DNA from: Nostoc sp.
GTDB lineage: Bacteria; Cyanobacteriota; Cyanobacteriia; Cyanobacteriales; Nostocaceae
Length of the DNA: 64,000 bases
Direction of reading: 5' to 3'
Assembly (NCBI RefSeq): GCF_035638895.1
Contig: NZ_DASQZC010000559.1
Coordinates: 2,302 to 66,301, forward strand
Part shown: positions 48,907-57,395 of the stretch, piece by piece
Numbering within the stretch: position 1 is the stretch's first letter
Layout of the letters: the number at the start of each line of letters is the position of its first letter
Program-made: the position numbers and the translations under genes
Notes under the pieces: generated by a model
Told to the model about the DNA's origin: nothing
Databases searched by the model: none
The model's input: the letters and a program-made list of their open reading frames with translations, nothing else

Positions 48907-50029
48907 GAGTAAGTTCCTCCTTTTTCCCTAGAATACCTTGAGGTCGCCAAATCATCAGTACCATCAAAATTAGTCCGATTACCATGATCCGAAATGCACC
49001 CAAACGGGCTTCATCAAGAGGGACGATTTTGGGTAAGACTTCCCGTGTCAGCGCATCGTAACCAAAGAAAATTACCGCACCTAAGATTGTGCCAATATTA
49101 TTTCCAGAACCACCTATAATCACCATAATCCAAGTGTCAAAGGTGATCTGTGGTTGGAAATTATCAGGGTAAATGGCGCTAAGTTGCCAAGCAAAGAAAG
49201 CACCAGCGATACCTGCGATCGCACCCCCTAACATGAGAGATTGTAATTTATACCAAAAAACATTTTTTCCCAGTGCCTTGGGAATTTCTTCATCTTCTCT
49301 GATGGCTTTGAGAATTCTACCCCAAGGCGATCGCACCAAAATTTCTAAGCGCCAGTATACAAATGCTAAAACTAACAGCAACACCAGCATTAAACCTGCT
49401 TTTGGGTTGTAATTATACAATCCTATTACCCCAGAAATATAAATTGCTGCTGCCAAAACCGCTAAAACAATTGCCACACCTAAACGTGATACAAATTCTT
49501 GTTTGCTAGTTGCCCTTTTGCCTAAATCAGTAGTCCGAGATATTTGGGTGGTGCGAATCCATCGCCACAATGTAAAAAAAGTTACAGCAGCCAACAGTGT
49601 CAAAAGCCCAATCATGAGTAATCTGACAAACAAATTCGGTTCTGTGGATAGGGGTATAGGATAACTTTGCACACCAAACGCCCCAGAAGTCCAGGTGTCA
49701 CCCACAGGTAATTCCTGGTTATTTACCACCAAACGAATTAATTCACCCGTACCAATAGTGACAATTCCTAGATAATCTTCCCGTAAGCGTAGAGTTACAA
49801 AACCAATTATCAAACCCAATAAAGCGGCGACAATTGCCCCAGCTAGTGCCGAGATTGGTAGGGGTACGCCCTTTAAGCTTAACAGTACGGTTGTATATGC
49901 TCCAAGGGTCATGAAAGCAATATGACCAAAGTTAATTAACCCCGTAAAGCCCCACTGTAAATTGAGTCCTAATGCGAATAGAGCAAAAAGTGCTGTAGAA
50001 ATTGCTAAGAAAATGAGATAGTCAACCAT
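48896..50029 (-). CDS. branched-chain/neutral amino-acid ABC transporter permease (LivM/NatC-like)
   Basis: 377 aa, polytopic, LivM-type. Confidence 0.88.
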   Translation of the reverse strand: MVDYLIFLAISTALFALFALGLNLQWGFTGLINFGHIAFMTLGAYTTVLLSLKGVPLPISALAGAIVAALLGLIIGFVTLRLREDYLGIVTIGTGELIRLVVNNQELPVGDTWTSGAFGVQSYPIPLSTEPNLFVRLLMIGLLTLLAAVTFFTLWRWIRTTQISRTTDLGKRATSKQEFVSRLGVAIVLAVLAAAIYISGVIGLYNYNPKAGLMLVLLLVLAFVYWRLEILVRSPWGRILKAIREDEEIPKALGKNVFWYKLQSLMLGGAIAGIAGAFFAWQLSAIYPDNFQPQITFDTWIMVIIGGSGNNIGTILGAVIFFGYDALTREVLPKIVPLDEARLGAFRIMVIGLILMVLMIWRPQGILGKKEELTLGK

Positions 50030-50037
50030 GTTTTGGA

Positions 50038-50143
50038 ATGGGGAGTGGGGAGTGGGGAATGGGGAGTGGGGAAGGAGGAATGGGGAATCGTTATTTTCGC
50101 TTGTGCCCCTACTCCCTACTCCCTACTCCCCACTCCCACTCAC
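50038..50143. repeat. Opposed STRR arrays (GGGGAGT ... ACTCCCT)
   Basis: GGGGAGTGGGGAGTGGGGAATGGGGAGTGGGG ... CCCCTACTCCCTACTCCCTACTCCCCACTCCC, upstream of the permease gene. Confidence 0.85.
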
Positions 50144-50235
50144 TAAGCGAATAAATTTTAGCGTAGCTTGAGCGTAGCTAATTTTATGGGAATACTATTT
50201 ATTGTTGGTGTTTGCTGGTAGGGAATAGTTGACGT

Positions 50236-50433
50236 ATGAATTTGCTGCGACTGAGAATGCATCACTTAATCGAGCAATTAGCCGATGAGGATTTGCAAAA
50301 CATTTGGGATGTTCTCGAAGCTTTACATTGTGACTCTTATATGCTTAACGCGATACAACAAGTCAAGCGCTCGCAGCAACCGTGGGATATCTTAACCCAT
50401 GAAGAAGCGGTAAGACTGTTGATGTTTTTCTGA
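50236..50433 (+). CDS. hypothetical small protein, possible antitoxin
   Basis: 65 aa, immediately upstream of a RelE/ParE-like ORF. Confidence 0.4.
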   Translation: MNLLRLRMHHLIEQLADEDLQNIWDVLEALHCDSYMLNAIQQVKRSQQPWDILTHEEAVRLLMFF

Positions 50434-50501
50434 TTCAGCAGCGCTTTCAACTCAGCACTCTTTTGGTGGCCCCCCTCAAGTTTTGGTTAAGGTAACGCCT
50501 A

Positions 50502-50759
50502 GTGACTCTGGAAATGCGCTATGCAAGGTCTTTTTTGCTAGACCTGAAGAATTTAGAACCTGCCGCCTACGAGCGGGTGCATGATTTTGTGTTTATTGAG
50601 TTATCCCAAAAGTGGCAGTTGAGTGATTTAAAAGAACTGCGACAGCTTGATAGTGAAGGCATTTTTCACCGCTTTACCCTCGATAATTATCTTATTGGCA
50701 TAGAAATCAGGGGTGAAATTGTGAAATTTCTGCGTGTCATCCCTATGCCAGATGTTTAA
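50502..50759 (+). CDS. RelE/ParE-like toxin candidate
   Basis: 85 aa with a GTG start. The N-terminal RYARSFLLDLKNLEPAAYERV pattern resembles the RelE/ParE superfamily. Weak call. Confidence 0.4.
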   Translation: MTLEMRYARSFLLDLKNLEPAAYERVHDFVFIELSQKWQLSDLKELRQLDSEGIFHRFTLDNYLIGIEIRGEIVKFLRVIPMPDV

Positions 50760-50870
50760 AGCGAAGATTCAAGAGAACACTTAAAACTGTAAACTGTATA
50801 AGGCTAGGCAGGGATCGCTATAACCTTACATTAAACTGGTTTTGAAAAACACTTTATTTGAGATTTCCCT

Positions 50871-52457
50871 ATGGATGCTAGGGCACTTTGGCAACGATAC
50901 CAAAACTGGTTATATTTCCACGAGGGATTGGGACTGTACTTAGACATAAGTCGAATGCGGTTCGATGATGCCTTTGTGGATTCGTTGCAGCCGAAGTTTG
51001 ACAAGGCGTTTGCGGATATGGCTCAATTGGAGAAGGGTGCGATCGCAAATCCTGACGAGAATCGCATGGTTGGACACTACTGGCTGCGAAATCCTGATTT
51101 AGCGCCAACTCCAGAACTTACACAAGAAATTGTCCAAACCCTAGAGCAAATCGAAGCCTTTGCGGAAAAAGTCCAAACAGGTGCTATTCATCCTCCCAGA
51201 GCAAGCCGCTTCACGGATATTATCTCCATTGGCATTGGTGGTTCCGCCCTCGGGCCCCAATTCGTCGCGGAAGCTCTCGCTCCTGATTTCCCGCCCCTGA
51301 AAATTCACTTTATCGATAATAACGATCCGGCGGGTATCGATCGCGTCATCAATCATCTACGAAATAGCCTCGCCAGCACTTTGGTTTTGGTGATCTCCAA
51401 ATCTGGGGGAACGCCGGAACCTCGCAACGGCATGATTGAAGTTAAAAAAGCCTACGCCGGACACAATTTGGAATTTGCTCAATATGCGGTAGCAATTACC
51501 AGCGTTGACAGCAACCTCGATAAACTAGCCAAAGACGAAGGTTGGCTGGCTAGATTTCCCATGTATGACTGGGTAGGAGGACGCACCTCAGAAATGTCTG
51601 CTGTGGGGCTAGTACCAGCCGCATTGCAGGGCATTGATGTTCGTGCCATGCTAGATGGCGCAAAAGAAATGGATGACGCTACCCGCGTCTGTGATGTGAA
51701 AAATAACCCAGCAGCCTTGCTTGCTTTGTCTTGGTACTTTGCAGGTAACGGAAAGGGCGAAAAAGATATGGTTGTCTTACCTTACAAGGACAGCTTATTT
51801 TTATTCAGTCGTTATTTGCAACAGCTAGTGATGGAATCCTTGGGCAAGGAAAAAGACTTAGATGGTAATGTTGTCCATCAAGGAATTGCCGTTTATGGCA
51901 ACAAAGGCTCAACAGATCAACACGCTTACGTCCAGCAGTTGCGTGAGGGTGTAGCGAATTTCTTTGCTACCTTTATCGAAGTGTTGGAAGATCGTCACGG
52001 CCCATCCACTGAAATAGATCCAGGAGTTACATCAGGCGATTATCTTTCTGGTTTTCTTCAAGGAACCCGACAAGCGCTTTATGAAAATCACCGCGATTCG
52101 ATTACAGTCACGATTCCCCAAGTTAACCCCCGAACTGTAGGGGCATTAATTGCTTTGTATGAGCGTGCTGTTGGTTTATACGCTAGCTTAGTCAACGTCA
52201 ACGCCTACCATCAACCAGGGGTAGAAGCTGGCAAAAAAGCAGCCGCCTCTATTCTCGATTTGCAAACACGAGTGATAGGAGTGCTGCAAAAAGAAAAAGC
52301 TCCTATTTCTCTTGAGAAACTTGCAGAGAAAGCAGGCGCATCAGAGCAAGTTGAGGCAATTTACAAGATTTTGCGTCATATCCATGCCAATCAGCGAGGT
52401 GTGGTTTTGCAAGGTGATCTTCAGAAACCCGGCAGTTTAACCGTTTCTGCTAGCTGA
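50871..52457 (+). CDS. pgi: glucose-6-phosphate isomerase
   Basis: 528 aa, a cyanobacterial-type PGI (...[10 protein letters not shown]...SKSGGTPE...). Confidence 0.95.
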   Translation: MDARALWQRYQNWLYFHEGLGLYLDISRMRFDDAFVDSLQPKFDKAFADMAQLEKGAIANPDENRMVGHYWLRNPDLAPTPELTQEIVQTLEQIEAFAEKVQTGAIHPPRASRFTDIISIGIGGSALGPQFVAEALAPDFPPLKIHFIDNNDPAGIDRVINHLRNSLASTLVLVISKSGGTPEPRNGMIEVKKAYAGHNLEFAQYAVAITSVDSNLDKLAKDEGWLARFPMYDWVGGRTSEMSAVGLVPAALQGIDVRAMLDGAKEMDDATRVCDVKNNPAALLALSWYFAGNGKGEKDMVVLPYKDSLFLFSRYLQQLVMESLGKEKDLDGNVVHQGIAVYGNKGSTDQHAYVQQLREGVANFFATFIEVLEDRHGPSTEIDPGVTSGDYLSGFLQGTRQALYENHRDSITVTIPQVNPRTVGALIALYERAVGLYASLVNVNAYHQPGVEAGKKAAASILDLQTRVIGVLQKEKAPISLEKLAEKAGASEQVEAIYKILRHIHANQRGVVLQGDLQKPGSLTVSAS

Positions 52458-52519
52458 TAGCTCTAGTCTAAACATCACATTTTGTTCATTAATTGTTGTA
52501 TCAGCAACAATTTTTTATT

Positions 52520-52567
52520 GTGAAGCATCCTAGATAGAAGATATATCTTCAGTCTAGGATGCTTCAC
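52520..52567 (+). terminator. Hairpin after pgi
   Basis: GTGAAGCATCCTAGA ... TCTAGGATGCTTCAC form a 15-bp perfect stem followed by TTTAT. Confidence 0.7.
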
Positions 52568-52572
52568 TTTAT

Positions 52573-52604
52573 AATTCGTAATTCGTAATTCGTAATTCGT
52601 AATT
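52573..52604. repeat. (AATTCGT)n STRR array, unpaired copy
   Basis: AATTCGTAATTCGTAATTCGTAATTCGTAATT uses the same heptamer as the arrays at 20680/20817. Confidence 0.85.
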
Positions 52605-52629
52605 GACAGGACAGAGGAACTAATTGCTT

Positions 52630-52700
52630 AGGTAAGAAAAGAGATATATTGTATTATTTTTAGCTGATAGGTAAATCGCCAAGAAAGTAAAAGCGATCGC
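52630..52700 (+). repeat. 71-bp direct repeat, copy A
   Basis: AGGTAAGAAAAGAGATATATTGTATTATTTTTAGCTGATAGGTAAATCGCCAAGAAAGTAAAAGCGATCGC matches copy B at 60 of 71 positions by hand count. Confidence 0.85.
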
Positions 52701-52756
52701 CTTTATCTTTCTGTAAAATAAAGTTAAGACAGCATTAACAAATAGGGCTAATTACT

Positions 52757-53074
52757 ATGGCTGAATCAACTGCAAAACAACCTGCACGTCGAGGCAGAAT
52801 CTTTCCAGAACGTACTTTGCCACCAGAAGAACTTGCTAGACGCAAAGCTGAAGATGAGGTATTTTATCGCCGTTGTCGGCAAATTTTTGAGCGTGTACGT
52901 CCAGATTTGATTAAAGAACACTACGGTTGGTATATTGCTGTAGAGCCAAATAGTGGTGATTACTTGATTGATACAGATAGAATGCAAGCTCATAAAAAAG
53001 CGCTTGAAAAATACCCAAATACTGACCACTGTGTTTTTTGTTTTAATGAAACAGGAACCACTGGCACAATATGA
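52757..53074 (+). CDS. hypothetical protein, upstream partner of the aspartic-protease-like gene
   Basis: 105 aa. Its stop overlaps the next start by 4 nt (ATGA). Confidence 0.6.
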   Translation: MAESTAKQPARRGRIFPERTLPPEELARRKAEDEVFYRRCRQIFERVRPDLIKEHYGWYIAVEPNSGDYLIDTDRMQAHKKALEKYPNTDHCVFCFNETGTTGTI

Positions 53075-53433
53075 TTCAGGGTAAATTTGGGGAAAAGGGT
53101 CAACTATTTTTTGAAATTGATTTAATAACTGATGATGGATTAAATTTGCCTGTAGATGCCATGTTAGATACTGGTTTCACAGGTTTTTTGGCTATTAACA
53201 AACAAGATTTAGATAGTCTAGACTGGTTTTATATTGGTAAGGAAACTTTGCGAACTGCACAGGGTGAAACCTTGTTTAAAATATATTTAGGCAAGTTGAT
53301 ATTAAACGAACAAGAGTTTGAAATCCCTGTTTATGCAGGGGATGAAATTACAGAATTTTTGTTAGGTTCAGAATGGCTAAAAATTCTGCCGTTGGTGGTG
53401 AATTATCAGGCTGGTATATTAACTTTGGGATAA
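53071..53433 (+). CDS. retropepsin-like (clan AA) aspartic protease
   Basis: 120 aa with the catalytic-type motif LDTGFTGFLAI. Confidence 0.7.
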   Translation: MIQGKFGEKGQLFFEIDLITDDGLNLPVDAMLDTGFTGFLAINKQDLDSLDWFYIGKETLRTAQGETLFKIYLGKLILNEQEFEIPVYAGDEITEFLLGSEWLKILPLVVNYQAGILTLG

Positions 53434-53483
53434 CTGCGATCGCAGTTATTTTTAAATGGACAGCAGATACACAGATAAAGCAT

Positions 53484-53554
53484 AGGTAAAAAAATAAATT
53501 TATTTCACTATCTTTAGTTAACAAGTAGATTGCGGATAAATTAAAAGCGATGCC
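53484..53554 (+). repeat. 71-bp direct repeat, copy C (degenerate)
   Basis: AGGTAAAAAAATAAATTTATTTCACTATCTTTAGTTAACAAGTAGATTGCGGATAAATTAAAAGCGATGCC matches copy B at 54 of 71 positions without gaps. Its 3' end runs into the dispersed about-28-bp repeat at 53547-53575. Confidence 0.7.
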
Positions 53555-53645
53555 TACGGCTGGCTACGCCTACGCTATTAAATCAATCTAACTTTAAATA
53601 TTGTTAAAATAAGCTTAAACCTGTCAATAAACTAGAATATAAATC

Positions 53646-53924
53646 ATGAATATCCAAATTAAACCTGAACTAGAGCAAATTATCCAAGCGCAAATTGCTA
53701 CAGGTAGATATGCGAATCCTGAAGAAGTGATTAGTAAAGCATTGAAGTTGCTATCAGAGTGGGAAAAAGGTTATCAGCAGTGGGTAGAAGAAACACGCGA
53801 AAAAGTTGAAGTTGCTATTGAGCAACTGGATAGAGGGGAAGGTATTGATGGAGAAGTTGTAGTTGAACAATTGCGAGATAAACTGCGTAAAGCTAAAGAA
53901 TCTACGCGCTTCAGTTATTTTTAA
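53646..53924 (+). CDS. ParD-family antitoxin (ribbon-helix-helix), no cognate toxin gene
   Basis: 92 aa. The pattern PELEQIIQAQIATGRYANPEEVISKALKLL is typical of ParD/CC2985-type antitoxins. No ParE-like ORF follows. Confidence 0.7.
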   Translation: MNIQIKPELEQIIQAQIATGRYANPEEVISKALKLLSEWEKGYQQWVEETREKVEVAIEQLDRGEGIDGEVVVEQLRDKLRKAKESTRFSYF

Positions 53925-53952
53925 ACAAACCGTAGAGGCGCAGAGGGCGCAG

Positions 53953-54023
53953 AGGGAAGAAAAGAGATATATTTTACTATCTTTAATTAGTAGGTAAATC
54001 ACGGAGAAAGTAAAAGCGATCGC
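53953..54023 (+). repeat. 71-bp direct repeat, copy B (includes the 3' end of the nuclease gene)
   Basis: AGGGAAGAAAAGAGATATATTTTACTATCTTTAATTAGTAGGTAAATCACGGAGAAAGTAAAAGCGATCGC. On the minus strand it encodes ...DRFYFLRDLPTN followed by the stop. Confidence 0.85.
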
Positions 54024-55428
54024 TATTCCAATCACTACCTTTTATTCGTCCTAAATAGCCTGTTAATGGTGAAGAAAGTTCAATCAAAATTTCGTAAATT
54101 TCTTTATTTTTCAAAGACTCAGGTGGACTGCCATAAATGTATGCTATATGAAGGGCATCCACTCCAACATTTACATCACCTGTTTTTTCTAGATGATTTT
54201 TGACAAGCTGGATAATGTGCGATCGCAACCTTATTGATTGTTCAACTTTATCTATATAAGTATTAATTTTATCTTCAGCTAAACCAAAAGGAGCTTGTTG
54301 CAAATATTCTTTTAGTTCTAATAAGTTGATAGAATTTTTGTAGTGTGCTTGCAGTTCAACGAGTTTTTGCAGTGTTTCAGGGCTAATAACATTCATTTGA
54401 TTTTCGGTAGCTGTTCTTAAGGCGTAAAAATTTAGTTCTCCGGCGGCTACAATTAATTTAATAGAATTGTCATATTGAAATTTACCAAGATGGTTCATAC
54501 CTATTTTTAGTAACTGTGCAGGCGTACCATCAGTAACTTTCTCAGTTTTAGTTGCTTTGCACTCTCCTACTATTGGATAAGGTTGTTCAGTGTAAAAATC
54601 CATACCTCCTGCGCCACCAGTTGCATCTGGATTCAAACCTGAACCTGTAAAGCCTAATTTTAGTAACCCTCTACGTACTAATTTTTCAAATGTATGTCCG
54701 TCGCTAGAGTTCCCAACTTCAGCAATTTTATGAATCCAAGGTAAGTCTAAATCTAATGAATTGGTTAGTTTGTCACTACTCCAACCCAAAAATACTTTGA
54801 TATCGTCGTCTAATTGTTTCGCTGCTGGTTGGCTAACGGTTAGGGATGCGATCGCACTCTGCAATTCTTCCAATTCCAGGTGTAGCGGGGGTTCTAGCTT
54901 TTCTAATTGGTGTTTGCGTTGGGCGAAGGTGCGATCGTTTAATACTGGTAAATCAATAGATACCTTTAACGGATCAGGTAAACTTATAAACTGGCTTTGT
55001 GAATTCACAGGTATTTCAATTGGCTGAGACAATAAATAGACACGCAAATAAGCAAGAAAGATATGCTTCCTTTGCAGCAGAATCTCTTGTAATCCTTTTG
55101 TTGTCCAAATATTTAATTGTGACAAAGCTTTTAACGATTCTGAGTTATTTAAGATTTGGCACAGTTCACACTTACCCCAAGATTGAATGCAGACTGTTTC
55201 AGAACTTATTTGAGTAATAGCTTTCTGTGTAACCGTCAAGAAATTTGATTTGTAGTATTGTTCATTAGGTAACACATTGGTTGAGTTTTCAGACGGACAG
55301 AGAGCAAAGGAACGCCCTGGATGAATAAATGTCCGGGGTAGAGCTATGATTATTCGACCCTGTAGCAAACCTTCAACATCAGGAGAAGGTAGACATAAGG
55401 CAGTATTGAGCAAAATTAGATTACTCAT
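53983..55428 (-). CDS. DUF1802-like N-terminal domain fused to an Mrr-type PD-(D/E)xK nuclease core
   Basis: 481 aa. The C-terminal half has HTFEKLVRRGLLKLGF ... GGMDFY ... IVGECK (D277, E289, K291; nt 54556-54600). The N-terminal 165 aa resemble DUF1802 by recall. The start overlaps the stop of the ATPase gene. Confidence 0.7.
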   Translation of the reverse strand: MSNLILLNTALCLPSPDVEGLLQGRIIIALPRTFIHPGRSFALCPSENSTNVLPNEQYYKSNFLTVTQKAITQISSETVCIQSWGKCELCQILNNSESLKALSQLNIWTTKGLQEILLQRKHIFLAYLRVYLLSQPIEIPVNSQSQFISLPDPLKVSIDLPVLNDRTFAQRKHQLEKLEPPLHLELEELQSAIASLTVSQPAAKQLDDDIKVFLGWSSDKLTNSLDLDLPWIHKIAEVGNSSDGHTFEKLVRRGLLKLGFTGSGLNPDATGGAGGMDFYTEQPYPIVGECKATKTEKVTDGTPAQLLKIGMNHLGKFQYDNSIKLIVAAGELNFYALRTATENQMNVISPETLQKLVELQAHYKNSINLLELKEYLQQAPFGLAEDKINTYIDKVEQSIRLRSHIIQLVKNHLEKTGDVNVGVDALHIAYIYGSPPESLKNKEIYEILIELSSPLTGYLGRIKGSDWNSDRFYFLRDLPTN

Positions 55429-57332
55429 AAACCAAGTTTAACAATTAAATTATCAAGCATAGCGTCTAGCTCTTTCGTTACATTTAGATTTTGTATAGGC
55501 TGAGTTTCAACAACACATTCTTCGTTTATTAAACCACTAGGTATTTGACCAGATGGGTCACTTAAAATTTCACGTATTAAGTAGTTTTCAACTGCAATTT
55601 TGTGTTGAACTATAAACTGAGAAATTTCCTCTTCACTAACTTCATAATCTTTGCAAGCTTGCTGAACAAATAAAATTGCTAAAAGAGGCTTAATATCCTC
55701 AATACTAAGCTTTACAAATTCTCCTCCTAAATTTTTAGAAAGTAGTTCATCTAAATATTCTTTTCCTTTAGTATTAGGTTTCACATCTTTAGCACGAACC
55801 AAGCAGCCACGAGTCATATCAAATTTTTTATAATCTATTAATCTTCTCAAGGCAGCACTCACAAATTTATTGCTAGATTCTTGTACAACTGCTACTACTA
55901 TTTTGATAACTCTTTCATCTTCCTTACCAATAATTCTAAAGTTGAGGTAGCCTTTTTCTACATTTTTGACTATAACTTCTTCAACTTCATCGATTTTTAC
56001 TTTCTCTACAGTTTTGCCTTTCAGAGTTAATAAACAAAAACGTATAGCATCAGCTATGATATTACTGTCTTCAAAGTAATTTTCTATTGTATTATCAAGT
56101 GCTGCAAGTTCTTTATTAAAAGCTTTTTCAATTTTATGTAGTGGTTCTACTTGCACCAGTGGGACACCAGGCAAATTCCAATTATTTGCACACCACTGTA
56201 AAACCTTTCTAACTATTGGTTTTTCTTTACCAAGCGCTCGTAAATTGTTTTCATCGAAAGGATATAAAGGATGAGGTGGAGTTAAATTCTTTGTATCATA
56301 AAACTCCTTCAACCAGTGCAAAACAAGAGTTACTACATCATCACTATTAAGATGCCTTAAATCAAATTTCTTTTCACCAATTCTATCAATAACTGAATCT
56401 GCTTGTGGTACAACTTTAACTTGTTGCGTCCAAGTTTCATCGAACATAGCTAGAATTAATACTCCACGTTTAATTCTGCTATATATATCTTTTGCAAACA
56501 GAGCGATAACCTGTGCTCTTGTAAAACCCTGCTCATTACAATTGAGGCTTTCTAACTCATCAAAACAGATGACTATTGTCCTGTAATCACCAATTAAGTC
56601 TAAAATTTGGCATACTGTTTGGAATGCTTCAGCTTCTTTATCGTCTTGATTAGTATTTGGTAATCCCATAGAGTCTGCTTGTGACTGCGCTAAGTCTCTG
56701 CCAGCAAGCCAATTAGTTGCAAATGAAACTTTATCTAAAGAAAGCGTCCATAGGATAGCCTGAATCAAATAAGGATTTTCAATATTTGACTTAAGTTTCA
56801 GTACTTTAGCAGTCAAGGCATCAACTATTTTGGGATGTTGAGCTAAAACCCCAGGAAATCGCTTCATTAACTCTTGAGGAGTGTAGCTTGACTTATATAC
56901 CTCATTGACTAAAGTAGTTGCGATCTCTTGCCATTGCATTACACCTTGATTACCAGTTTGTTTTAGACTAAATGACAATGTGTTTAGAAATTTAGAATGT
57001 ATTTTGTTTAAGTCACCATAATCGACTTCGCTCATATAGACAAAAAAACTATCACCTTCATCCTGAATATGGTGACGAATCCGACTCATTAAGTGACTTT
57101 TACCCAGCCCTTTCTCAGCTTTAATAGTTATACCAATAACTGAACGTTTTCCTGTGCTGATTTGCTCTATTGCCTGATAAACAGCATCTGATGCATGAGC
57201 ATTTATGGAAGGAACATCAGGAAAAGTTTGGTTCCAGATATCATAGTTTCTAACTACTAATGATCTATCAAATGGGTTATGAATTGTAATAGCTTTGTTG
57301 ATGTCTGAGTATGAAGAGAAAGAATTAGTCAT
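55425..57332 (-). CDS. P-loop NTPase (STAND/ORC-like AAA-type), large uncharacterised C-terminal region
   Basis: 635 aa with Walker A AEKGLGKS (GLGKS = nt 57096-57110) and Walker B IVICFDE (nt 56556-56576). I recognise no motif in the last 370 aa. Confidence 0.75.
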   Translation of the reverse strand: MTNSFSSYSDINKAITIHNPFDRSLVVRNYDIWNQTFPDVPSINAHASDAVYQAIEQISTGKRSVIGITIKAEKGLGKSHLMSRIRHHIQDEGDSFFVYMSEVDYGDLNKIHSKFLNTLSFSLKQTGNQGVMQWQEIATTLVNEVYKSSYTPQELMKRFPGVLAQHPKIVDALTAKVLKLKSNIENPYLIQAILWTLSLDKVSFATNWLAGRDLAQSQADSMGLPNTNQDDKEAEAFQTVCQILDLIGDYRTIVICFDELESLNCNEQGFTRAQVIALFAKDIYSRIKRGVLILAMFDETWTQQVKVVPQADSVIDRIGEKKFDLRHLNSDDVVTLVLHWLKEFYDTKNLTPPHPLYPFDENNLRALGKEKPIVRKVLQWCANNWNLPGVPLVQVEPLHKIEKAFNKELAALDNTIENYFEDSNIIADAIRFCLLTLKGKTVEKVKIDEVEEVIVKNVEKGYLNFRIIGKEDERVIKIVVAVVQESSNKFVSAALRRLIDYKKFDMTRGCLVRAKDVKPNTKGKEYLDELLSKNLGGEFVKLSIEDIKPLLAILFVQQACKDYEVSEEEISQFIVQHKIAVENYLIREILSDPSGQIPSGLINEECVVETQPIQNLNVTKELDAMLDNLIVKLGL

Positions 57333-57395
57333 GATTGTGTATTTACTGAAAATAATGGCTAAGAAATCAAAGCGTAAAAAAATGAGTAACTTAGT

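Noticed and set aside
52630-54023. Calling the 71-bp repeat/cassette region a bona fide integron
   Set aside because: There is no intI-like integrase, no attI, and I could not identify the attC R/L core architecture by eye. It is kept only as an analogy in the findings.
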